Source: a virus
Lineage: Duplodnaviria > Caudoviricetes
Strand: one strand, 5' to 3'
IMG/VR virus record: IMGVR_UViG_3300043174_000068
Location: 1 to 52,315 of that record
Length of the DNA stretch: 52,315 nucleotides
Positions 1-8,126 of the stretch are shown one piece after another. Under the pieces are notes generated by a model. The model was not told the origin of the DNA. It ran no database searches and worked only from the letters and a program-made list of their open reading frames with translations. Within the stretch, counting starts at the first letter, position 1, and every line of letters begins with the position of its first letter. The translations under genes were made by a program, and so were the position numbers.

Positions 1-288
1 GATTATGGGATTGTAACAATGATGTTAACTGGTCCTAAAGTTGGAAAAATAAAATATTATTATATGACAAGCCCATTTGTAAAAGTTTGTGACTTTGTGG
101 GTATTCCAAAATTAAGAAAACTGAAATCCCCATTTAAATATGTTAAAGGTGGTTTATTTTTGCAAGATCTAAATATTACAAAGCTATCTAAAGATATACA
201 AAATGAATATGGTATTAAAGAAGAAGCACGAAAAAGATTTATAAATATACTACACGAAAATCTAGTGAGGTTAAACTATGTCAACTAA
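1..288 (+). CDS. Hypothetical protein, probably 5'-truncated by the window edge
   Basis: Frame is open from base 1 to TAA at 288 and overlaps the next gene start; no recognisable motif. Confidence 0.6.
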   Translation, partial: DYGIVTMMLTGPKVGKIKYYYMTSPFVKVCDFVGIPKLRKLKSPFKYVKGGLFLQDLNITKLSKDIQNEYGIKEEARKRFINILHENLVRLNYVN

Positions 289-634
289 GAACGAAGTAAT
301 GGAAGTTTATAAAAAAGAACGTGAATATGAGCAATCAGTATTCGGAGATTATTCAGAAATAAAATCTTTAAATGTTTCAAGTTTTATGATTCTATTAGAA
401 AAATATTTAGAAAAAATTAAAAAGTCTTACTGCGGAAAATGGAATAGGGAATTACCACCGTGGTTGGTATCTTGTAAAGAATTTGATAATAACCAAAGTG
501 CCCCAGTTGAAGTCTATGAGCATTTAATAACTATAATGACATTAGCTGGTGCTGCACTAGAAACATATACAAAGATCGACCCTAATGAGTGGAGATCTAA
601 TCCAGAAATTGATAGAAAGAAATGGGAGGAATGA
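278..634 (+). CDS. MazG-like (all-alpha NTP pyrophosphohydrolase-like) small protein
   Basis: ER.YEQ..FG and HLITIMTLAGAALE resemble the ER.RQ..KWG / EL.QVAAVA.A.LE pattern of small phage MazG-like proteins; GAGG RBS upstream. Confidence 0.45.
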   Translation: MSTKNEVMEVYKKEREYEQSVFGDYSEIKSLNVSSFMILLEKYLEKIKKSYCGKWNRELPPWLVSCKEFDNNQSAPVEVYEHLITIMTLAGAALETYTKIDPNEWRSNPEIDRKKWEE

Positions 635-635
635 T

Positions 636-1391
636 ATGAATGAAAACTTAACTCAAATGGTTAAGAATATGGAGACAGGAAGTTCTCCTGTTTTTCCTGC
701 AGACAATGTTGATATTCCAATTGAAGAGGTTAAAGCAGAAGAAGTTCAAACACCTCAGAGTCAAGAAATTGGAATGGTTGTTATGACAACATCTTTAACC
801 GAATGGTTTGAAGCAAACGTTTCTAGATTTTCAGAAATTAACCAAGTCAAAGTTGCAATCAGAGGAGTTGATCCTAAGAAAACTTTGATTATGGCAGTCA
901 AAGATGGTAGTGGTGAAAAAGATCCTGATGGAAATGATAGAAGAGTATTAAAAATATTTGAAGATGCAGATATTCATCCGGTGTTAGATGCACAAGGAAT
1001 AGATATGAAAATATATAATAACGGATTTATGATTATCAATAATATTAATGGAACAATCTTTACAAAATGTTATGGCGTTAGAACTGGTTTGATTGTTGTA
1101 TTTTGTAATATGATTAATGGAAAATTAATTCCTTATGAGATTACAAAAGTTAAAAAATCTGATAAAGATGTTGACATTCCACAGAAGAATATTTCACAGG
1201 TAGTCGATAGATTAAATCAACCTTGTAACACAGAAGCATTACAACTATTATATAAGCAAATTGCAAAATCAATTGATACAATTACCACTAATCAATCTGC
1301 TGTAGATTGGTTTGAAGAAAAACAAAAAGAAGTTTCAGATATCAATCATCACCTGCAAATAGACCAGGTAATAATTGATGTTCTGAGCTAA
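636..1391 (+). CDS. Hypothetical protein (start moved from 585 to ATG 636)
   Basis: GGAGGA immediately upstream of in-frame ATG 636, just after the previous stop codon. Confidence 0.75.
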   Translation: MNENLTQMVKNMETGSSPVFPADNVDIPIEEVKAEEVQTPQSQEIGMVVMTTSLTEWFEANVSRFSEINQVKVAIRGVDPKKTLIMAVKDGSGEKDPDGNDRRVLKIFEDADIHPVLDAQGIDMKIYNNGFMIINNINGTIFTKCYGVRTGLIVVFCNMINGKLIPYEITKVKKSDKDVDIPQKNISQVVDRLNQPCNTEALQLLYKQIAKSIDTITTNQSAVDWFEEKQKEVSDINHHLQIDQVIIDVLS

Positions 1392-1402
1392 AAGGAGAAG
1401 AT

Positions 1403-1427
1403 GGGGCGGGCAATTACCTCCCGCCCC
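1403..1427 (+). promoter_or_regulatory. GC-rich hairpin between an AGGAG RBS and the start codon of the PolB-like gene
   Basis: GGGGCGGG-caattacct-CCCGCCCC perfect 8-bp stem; AGGAG at 1393-1397; ATG at 1436. Confidence 0.55.
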
Positions 1428-1435
1428 AAACTTTT

Positions 1436-2173
1436 ATGGAAATAAATAAAAATTTAAAGTTAGTACTACGAAATATTTACCTTTGTGATATTGAAGCTTG
1501 TCACTATAATATTATGAAGAAATTAGGATTGGATTTAGAAGGAATTGATGAAACAAATAAATTAGAAAGAAATATTCAAATTGGAAAGATGATGCGTCGT
1601 AATCCAAGATTAACAAAGCTTTTAAGAAGTACAACAGAAGCAGTAATTACAGAATACATAAGGCAGAATAATCTAAAAGAAGATGAAATACTTATAAGAC
1701 AATATGATGGTATCCTAACTACAAGAACAATATCAGTTAATGATATTGGCGGAATACCATTTAAAATAAGAGAGCATTTTTCTATTTTTATTACTTCAAT
1801 AGATAGAAAAAAATATTTAGCTTTTAATGATTCATATAAAAAAGTAGTAATAAAAGGTATACCATTTAGAAATGAAAAAATTGATAATATATACAAGAAA
1901 CTTTGTACAGATGTTTTAAATAGCGCATCAAAAAAAGTAATCTTTGAAAAACTTCAAAAAATAAAAGACTTTATTTTAAATAGCGATGACCCGTCCATTT
2001 TTGGGATTCCTGATAAAGATAATAGAGTTAACATCTATTTAAAAGGATATGGAGAAATGGTTATCTCTAGTCAAACTTTAAAAATTATGGACCCAGATGA
2101 TATTGATAAAGAAAGATATTTTAGATATTATCTGGAACCATTTACAAAAAGCATAGTTGTAGAATTCATCTAA
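1436..2173 (+). CDS. Divergent minimal family-B DNA polymerase-like protein (palm/thumb only)
   Basis: Motif A-like YLCDIEACHY, motif C-like RQYDGIL, KG after the palm, and C-terminal DIDKERYF..YLEPF resembling the PolB thumb end; no exonuclease domain. Confidence 0.55.
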   Translation: MEINKNLKLVLRNIYLCDIEACHYNIMKKLGLDLEGIDETNKLERNIQIGKMMRRNPRLTKLLRSTTEAVITEYIRQNNLKEDEILIRQYDGILTTRTISVNDIGGIPFKIREHFSIFITSIDRKKYLAFNDSYKKVVIKGIPFRNEKIDNIYKKLCTDVLNSASKKVIFEKLQKIKDFILNSDDPSIFGIPDKDNRVNIYLKGYGEMVISSQTLKIMDPDDIDKERYFRYYLEPFTKSIVVEFI

Positions 2174-2182
2174 GGAGGTCAA

Positions 2183-2779
2183 ATGCTAGTTTTAAACTTG
2201 GGTGCAGGAAAGATCAAACCAATTTTAGATAAAGATTGGTTATCTAAATATTTAACAGTTGTTAATTTAGATACTAATTATTTTTCTAAACAAACTCCAG
2301 AAGAATTAGAAAGTTATATAGAAAATACTCTTCCGATACAAACGCAACAATATGATGAACTTTATTGTAGTTGTGATGCATTTGAATTTATGGAAAAATT
2401 TAGACCACAGTTCGATAGAATCTGTATGTATAGATTCCTTGAGCACATCTCATTTACACAAGTATTATATTTTATTTATTTAGTTTCTACATGTATTAAA
2501 AGAGAAGGAATTGTAGATGTCATAGTTCCTAATTATGAAGTATTAGCAAAAATGTTACTGGAAGAATCAACACATCATCCAGACTTTGAGAAGAATAATA
2601 TTCTTTTGACAACTGAACTTTTAAATGAACCATCTTGCCCTCATGCATCAATATGGACTGTTGACCGAGCTAAATACTTCTGGGAATTTGAGAATAGATT
2701 TAAAATAATTGATGGTTGGCCGCAGTATGAATTTGATGGAAGAAATATCTATATGAGATTTTTAGCTAAAAGGATTTAA
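2183..2779 (+). CDS. Class I SAM-dependent methyltransferase
   Basis: VLNLGAG motif I, FDRI...FLEHI and IK.EG.V.V.VPN motifs; AGGAGG RBS. Confidence 0.8.
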   Translation: MLVLNLGAGKIKPILDKDWLSKYLTVVNLDTNYFSKQTPEELESYIENTLPIQTQQYDELYCSCDAFEFMEKFRPQFDRICMYRFLEHISFTQVLYFIYLVSTCIKREGIVDVIVPNYEVLAKMLLEESTHHPDFEKNNILLTTELLNEPSCPHASIWTVDRAKYFWEFENRFKIIDGWPQYEFDGRNIYMRFLAKRI

Positions 2780-2781
2780 AT

Positions 2782-3108
2782 ATGGGCGGAAGATTAATAG
2801 CTGGGAATAGCCATACATCAATTAATCATATGTATGAAGCAGAAGTAGTAATAATGAAAAAGGATGATAGAATAGCAGGTAAAGATAAATTACATATAGC
2901 TAAAAATAGAATGGGAACTCCTCTAGGAGAACGCTCATATGCTGAAGCTATAGAAACCGTACTATATTCAAGAACTATGGAACAAGCTATTGATATATTA
3001 GCAGAGACTATAGCTCGTAAAAAATTTAGAGGAATAACTCAAATATTTGAAGAAGGAATGAAACAAGAACTAATCGAAGCAATAAAAAAAATAGTGAATA
3101 GGGAATGA
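2782..3108 (+). CDS. Hypothetical protein with a DnaB C-terminal-like IAKNRMG motif
   Basis: EAEVVIM...LHIAKNRMG resembles DnaB DADVV...IAKNRNG; no Walker motifs. Confidence 0.55.
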   Translation: MGGRLIAGNSHTSINHMYEAEVVIMKKDDRIAGKDKLHIAKNRMGTPLGERSYAEAIETVLYSRTMEQAIDILAETIARKKFRGITQIFEEGMKQELIEAIKKIVNRE

Positions 3109-3109
3109 A

Positions 3110-4060
3110 ATGTCAATACAAACTTTTTCAGAACTAGCTCCTGATATGGGTTTAACAGTTGACCCAAATAGAGGAATGTTTAGTTATAGAGATAGATATA
3201 GCGAAGTAGTGTATAGAGGGTTGATAACTTTCTCTCATGATGAAATACCAGATATTCATCCAACAGATGGTTTTCAAAGTACATTATTAGGAGTATTCAC
3301 AAGAGGTATTGATGACCCAGTTGATAAATATATTTATTGTGGTCATGTTTCAACCCAGTATAAATTTATAGGAAATGATGTTGTAAATAATGCTATTAGG
3401 GATTCAATAACAAAAGTTGGGACTCCTATAATTTCTGAAAATACTTTATTTTATAATGCATATACTAGAATGAGAAATGAAATCTTAATTAGAAATGCTC
3501 ATCAAGTTGGGCAAATAGGAAATATAATTCCTGTTATGATCGTAGAAAATAGCTATAACGGAACAAAGAAAGCATCTGTTTCATTTGGTTTGGCAATTGA
3601 AGGCGAAAAAATTAGAAACAGATTAATATTCAAATTTAGACTTGGTGAAATGAGTCAGGTTCATATTAGATCATCAAGAACGAATGTTGACTCTGCAATT
3701 CAATCTTATATGCAAGTCTTCTCAAATGACATTGTTGATATGGTAAGATTGTCATTTGAGAAAAGATTAACAGAAGAAAGTCTATTTGACATTCTTGGAT
3801 TCATTGAAAAAGTAAGTAAGAGAAAACGTGATGAAATATCACAGCTTCTATCTGAAATTATGCCAGCTCAACAGGAAGGGCAACCACCTTTACTTCCATC
3901 TTCATGGGATATGTTTCTCGCTATAGCAATGTATAGCACAATGGAAACTAACTTGAATACCAAAAGAATTCTTGAAAATGCAGCGGAAAGTTGTCTAGTT
4001 ATTCCTGAAAGAATGGCAAAAGTATTAACAACATTAGAAGCAACAAAATCAGAGGAATAG
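3110..4060 (+). CDS. DUF932-like phage protein
   Basis: GHVSTQYKFIGN and IVENSYNGT...V.FG match the G.VS..Y....N and NS.DG motifs of DUF932. Confidence 0.55.
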   Translation: MSIQTFSELAPDMGLTVDPNRGMFSYRDRYSEVVYRGLITFSHDEIPDIHPTDGFQSTLLGVFTRGIDDPVDKYIYCGHVSTQYKFIGNDVVNNAIRDSITKVGTPIISENTLFYNAYTRMRNEILIRNAHQVGQIGNIIPVMIVENSYNGTKKASVSFGLAIEGEKIRNRLIFKFRLGEMSQVHIRSSRTNVDSAIQSYMQVFSNDIVDMVRLSFEKRLTEESLFDILGFIEKVSKRKRDEISQLLSEIMPAQQEGQPPLLPSSWDMFLAIAMYSTMETNLNTKRILENAAESCLVIPERMAKVLTTLEATKSEE

Positions 4061-4067
4061 CCTCTGG

Positions 4068-4103
4068 AAAATAGGTGGTTTCTTATAACCACCTATTTTT
4101 TTT
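4068..4103 (+). terminator. Rho-independent terminator
   Basis: AAATAGGTGGTT-tcttat-AACCACCTATTT followed by a T run. Confidence 0.85.
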
Positions 4104-4111
4104 GGAACAAA
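4101..4111 (+). promoter_or_regulatory. Putative late promoter motif (variant TTTGGAACAAA)
   Basis: One mismatch to the recurrent TTTAGAACAAA motif, just upstream of a structural gene. Confidence 0.55.
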
Positions 4112-4129
4112 AAAATAAAGGAATATAAT

Positions 4130-5455
4130 ATGCCAGAATCAGTACAACTACATGAGCAACAACAGAAAGGAGAAGGATATTCCGCCGTTAGAACTTATAA
4201 GATTAAAACAAAAATTAAAGATATGGAATATACTAATGATTTAGTTTCTCTTACAATAGTTTCAACTTTAGCATCTGCATATCAAATGTTTTTTATATCT
4301 CTGTTTGTTGATCCCAACGACATTATTCTCAATACTTTATTTGGAGGAGATCCAATAATTATTGAGTTATCTATGTTAAGAGAGTTAGGAATTCCAGAGA
4401 GTACAATTAACTTTGAACTTATGTATTTAACATCTGATTTTAAATTTGCTGAAAGATCACAAAAATCAGGAGCTTCAGAGGAAGAAGTAAACTGGGAAAG
4501 AACTGTTATGACCATTCATGCAGTTCCTAAAGATGCTTATAAAACTATGGCTACTTTAGTAAATGATGTTTTTATTGGTTCTACTTTAAGAAGCATAGTT
4601 GGTTCCCTTGCATCAAAAGTTGGAGCTAAACTTGATTATGATTCAGCAGGAGAAAATACAACTAGTGTTGATCAAATATGTATTCCACCAACTACATTTT
4701 ATAAAATTATTAAAGAAGCTGGAGTAAATAATGAAGATATATTTGATGGATATTTAGATAAAAGATTCGGATTGTTTGAAGGAGTTGCTGGAGTATTTTG
4801 CAACCATGATAATACAGTATATGTTAAAAATCTAACTGAAAGAATTAAACGAACCCAAGAGTTTGTTATTTATCAATTAGCTGGAATGTCTTCGGAAGAA
4901 AAAGAAACAACAATACAAAAAATTGAAGATGAAGTAGATGCAGGAAAAGCTTACTATACATTTAATATTATTCAAAGTGAATATTATGCAAATGCAAAAT
5001 TCGCTACAATTTCTAGTGATATTAAGCATATAGTTAAACCAGCTAAAAAATTGTTCACTGTTATTAGTCAAAATTTAGAAGATATAGCAAAAAATAATTC
5101 GTTGATAGCTATGTCTAATAATCTAACACCAAACTTCTATTTGAATCAATTAGTAAATAGAACTAGATATATGAATGAAGATACTGGTTATGAAGATAAT
5201 ACTACTTTGTTTACGTCAATGTTATCTAAAAGTTTGTCTGACTTATCAACTATATCTTTTGATATTGAAAGAAATCTAGATATCAAACATGCATTTAATA
5301 TTGGGGATAGTGTAAAATTCAAACCAATGACAGTTTCTTATGCTGCACTAGAAGGAAAATATATTTTATTTAGATCTGAAATAACTTTTAGTAGAAGAAA
5401 TAATTGGATCTCAACCGGAAACATTACATTAATTAGAAGCAATAAAACAAGTTAG
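4130..5455 (+). CDS. Putative baseplate hub / tail protein (T4 gp27 / P2 gpD-like)
   Basis: Beta-rich pattern with C-terminal IGDSVKF...LEGKYIL.RSEITF typical of hub proteins; structural context. Confidence 0.5.
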   Translation: MPESVQLHEQQQKGEGYSAVRTYKIKTKIKDMEYTNDLVSLTIVSTLASAYQMFFISLFVDPNDIILNTLFGGDPIIIELSMLRELGIPESTINFELMYLTSDFKFAERSQKSGASEEEVNWERTVMTIHAVPKDAYKTMATLVNDVFIGSTLRSIVGSLASKVGAKLDYDSAGENTTSVDQICIPPTTFYKIIKEAGVNNEDIFDGYLDKRFGLFEGVAGVFCNHDNTVYVKNLTERIKRTQEFVIYQLAGMSSEEKETTIQKIEDEVDAGKAYYTFNIIQSEYYANAKFATISSDIKHIVKPAKKLFTVISQNLEDIAKNNSLIAMSNNLTPNFYLNQLVNRTRYMNEDTGYEDNTTLFTSMLSKSLSDLSTISFDIERNLDIKHAFNIGDSVKFKPMTVSYAALEGKYILFRSEITFSRRNNWISTGNITLIRSNKTS

Positions 5456-5495
5456 TGCGGGGTCACCGCATTAAGTTTACGCGGCGTTTAAACTT
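5452..5495. terminator. Two tandem hairpins at the end of the hub gene
   Basis: TTAGTGCGG-ggtca-CCGCATTAA (5452-5474) and AAGTTTA...TAAACTT (5473-5495). Confidence 0.55.
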
Positions 5496-5533
5496 CAAAT
5501 TAAAAAAATAGTAATGAATATCATTATTCAGTT

Positions 5534-5546
5534 ATTGATATATATA
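5534..5546 (-). promoter_or_regulatory. Putative early promoter motif (TATATATATCAAT-aac-TGAA) with no downstream ORF
   Basis: Variant of the TATATATATTAAT-N3-TGA motif; downstream ACTATTTTTTTAATT is identical to 21721-21735. Confidence 0.55.
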
Positions 5547-5563
5547 CTTTAACCCGGATTTAA

Positions 5564-5574
5564 TTTAGAACAAA
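5564..5574 (+). promoter_or_regulatory. Putative late promoter motif TTTAGAACAAA
   Basis: Exact consensus upstream of the terminase RBS (AGGAG). Confidence 0.65.
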
Positions 5575-5591
5575 TTACAAAGGAGATTCCA

Positions 5592-7256
5592 ATGGAAGAT
5601 GATAGAGTAAAAAAATTAGAAGCAATAGCAGACGAATATGTTAACGAATACTTGAAATGTAAGGGCGACTTTGAATATTTTTGTAAAACCTATATCTTGA
5701 TAGAGCTACCAGGTAAAGATGCACATTTAATTCCATATAAAAAACAAGTTGAGTTAGTTAATCTAATCGAAGAGAAAAAGTATGTTCTCGTACTTAAGAG
5801 TCGTCAGATAGGAATCTCAACTATCGTTCAAGCATATTCAGCTTGGTTAAGTGTTTTTTATGATAATGCTGTTATTGGTATTATTTCAAAGGATGGTAAG
5901 GAAGCTACAGACTTTGCTAGAGCCATCAGAGGAATGATTGAGAAGCTCCCTGACTGGATGAAACCTCCGAAAGGACCCTTGGGCAAGGGCTTCGCTAAAA
6001 GGACCGAGCAATCGTTTATCCTTACGAATGGGAGCAAGGTTTACGCCTCTCCAGTTAACCCAAATGCTCCTAGCAAGACTCTTCGTGGTAAAGCTATTAC
6101 ATTTTTAGTTATCGACGAAGCTGCATTTATTAACTATGTTGATTCTGCTTGGACATCAATGGTTCCTGCATTATCAACTAACCAAATGCAAGCAAGAAAA
6201 GCTGGAGTCCCATATGGAACTGTAGTATTATCAACTCCTAATAAAACTATTGGAGTTGGAGAATGGTATTTTAAGAGATACCAAAAAGCTATTTCAAGAG
6301 ACGATATTTTTGAACCTTTTGTTATTCACTGGAAGATGATTCCTGAGTTAGCAGAAGATTCAGACTGGTATAAAAATCAATGTAAACTATTTGATAATGA
6401 TCCAAGAAAAATTGCACAAGAGTTGGAATTAAAATTCTTACCAGCAGAAGGATCATTCTTTAGTGCAGAGACAGTTGAAAAAGTTCAGGATGCAGTTCAG
6501 GAACCAATTGAGATTCTCAAATTATTTAATGGAGAACTATGGAGGTTCTCAAATGCAATACCTGGCCATTACTATATACATGGAGTTGATACTGCAGCAG
6601 AACATGGAGAAGATAGATCCGCTGTTACTGTTTGGGATTATGAAACATTAGAACAAGTAGCTGAATATCAAACAAAATGTAAAGTATTAGATTTTGTTAA
6701 AGCAGTTAAAATTATAGCTACTCAATATCCTGGGTTGATAGTAATAGAATCTAACTCATATGGAAACCAAGTAGTCGAACAAATGTATAATAGTGAATAT
6801 GCAGTTATGGTTTACAAAGAAAAACGAGGAAGTAAAACTATATTACCAGGTTTATCAACAAATACCAAAACTAGACCATTGATGATTGATGCATTGTACT
6901 CATACATAACACAATACCCAGAAATAGTTAAATCAAAAAGATTTGCATTAGAAATTGCAGGTTTAGTAACAAAAACAAGTGGAAGAGTAGAAGGAGATAC
7001 TGGTTCTAGAGACGACTTAGTATTATCAGCTTCATGCGCTTTCTATGTAAGAAAATATGACCCACCAATGTTTATTGGGTCAACAGATTATACAGTTATG
7101 AGTAATGATATGATTGAAATTCTGGGAACCAATACTACTACAAGAAGAACTCCAGGTTCATTAGAAGGATTTACAAATGAAGATTTGATAAAAAGAGTCA
7201 AAGATGAAAACCTTGGTGGTGTAGTTGATATTTTAAGTATGTACACTAATAAATAA
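5592..7256 (+). CDS. terL: Terminase large subunit (T4 gp17-like)
   Basis: Walker A-like KSRQIGIST, LRGKAI, Walker B LVIDEAAF, STPN coupling motif, nuclease GVDTA...DRS and DDLVLS. Confidence 0.95.
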   Translation: MEDDRVKKLEAIADEYVNEYLKCKGDFEYFCKTYILIELPGKDAHLIPYKKQVELVNLIEEKKYVLVLKSRQIGISTIVQAYSAWLSVFYDNAVIGIISKDGKEATDFARAIRGMIEKLPDWMKPPKGPLGKGFAKRTEQSFILTNGSKVYASPVNPNAPSKTLRGKAITFLVIDEAAFINYVDSAWTSMVPALSTNQMQARKAGVPYGTVVLSTPNKTIGVGEWYFKRYQKAISRDDIFEPFVIHWKMIPELAEDSDWYKNQCKLFDNDPRKIAQELELKFLPAEGSFFSAETVEKVQDAVQEPIEILKLFNGELWRFSNAIPGHYYIHGVDTAAEHGEDRSAVTVWDYETLEQVAEYQTKCKVLDFVKAVKIIATQYPGLIVIESNSYGNQVVEQMYNSEYAVMVYKEKRGSKTILPGLSTNTKTRPLMIDALYSYITQYPEIVKSKRFALEIAGLVTKTSGRVEGDTGSRDDLVLSASCAFYVRKYDPPMFIGSTDYTVMSNDMIEILGTNTTTRRTPGSLEGFTNEDLIKRVKDENLGGVVDILSMYTNK

Positions 7257-7262
7257 GAGGTT

Positions 7263-8123
7263 ATGATGGAAAATAAACCAGAACAATTAGATGAGTTATT
7301 TAAACTACCAATTGGTTTGAAACCAGTTGCTAAATTGGATGGCAAGACTCTCTATGGATCTGAAGATTTAACTAACTCATTTATAGAAGCTATTAAATCA
7401 ACATCAGTCGGAAATCAAATAGATGTTTTTGAAAAACTAATAAGAAACAAAAAAGTTATTCCATGTTTTCATACAGGAGGTTTAACATCATTTATTTTCT
7501 GGAAAATTTTTGCCCCTGTTCATTTAAAATGTATTGTTGGATTTTACCATTCAGAGATAAAAAAAGTATATATTCTATTATCTAATAACTATAACTTTTT
7601 TGCATATACTTCTAATGAATGGTTATCTAAATTACTTATTCACGAATGTGTACATATGTCAAGTCATTTAAAACCAACTATGTTTATTAACTACTTTAAA
7701 GATCCTTTAACTAAATACTACAAAAATTATTTACAAAGACTTTTTCAAAAAGATTTTAAAGAAGAAGATATTTTAAAATATATAAATTTTATCTATACTT
7801 ATGAAGTTGGTAAGAATACAAATTTAAAAGCGTATAGAGAACTTTTGTTCGATATAGCAGGTAGTAATAATGAAGAAAAAATTAAAAAAATAGTAGTTGG
7901 TATATATTTGTATGTTGAAAAACAAGAAGAATTTTTTAGGTTAAAAGAACAACTATCTGAAGTTTTGGCTCCTTTATATTTTGCTTATAGAGATGGTTTA
8001 AATATTAAGAACTTGTCTACTATATGTATTCAAGAGTTATTTGCTCCATCTGAAGTTATAGCTATAGCTTCTGAATATTCTCAATATTCTAAATTTGTTA
8101 TTCCTTTTTTGAGAGACTTATAA
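7263..8123 (+). CDS. Putative zinc metallopeptidase-like protein (HEXXH)
   Basis: LIHECVHM motif preceded by GFY...VYILL, with downstream QE...SE candidate third ligand. Confidence 0.5.
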   Translation: MMENKPEQLDELFKLPIGLKPVAKLDGKTLYGSEDLTNSFIEAIKSTSVGNQIDVFEKLIRNKKVIPCFHTGGLTSFIFWKIFAPVHLKCIVGFYHSEIKKVYILLSNNYNFFAYTSNEWLSKLLIHECVHMSSHLKPTMFINYFKDPLTKYYKNYLQRLFQKDFKEEDILKYINFIYTYEVGKNTNLKAYRELLFDIAGSNNEEKIKKIVVGIYLYVEKQEEFFRLKEQLSEVLAPLYFAYRDGLNIKNLSTICIQELFAPSEVIAIASEYSQYSKFVIPFLRDL

Positions 8124-8126
8124 TAT

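Noticed and set aside
5452-5495. tRNA or tRNA fragment in the GC-rich patch after the hub gene
   Set aside because: Too short, with no T-loop GTTCRA and no cloverleaf
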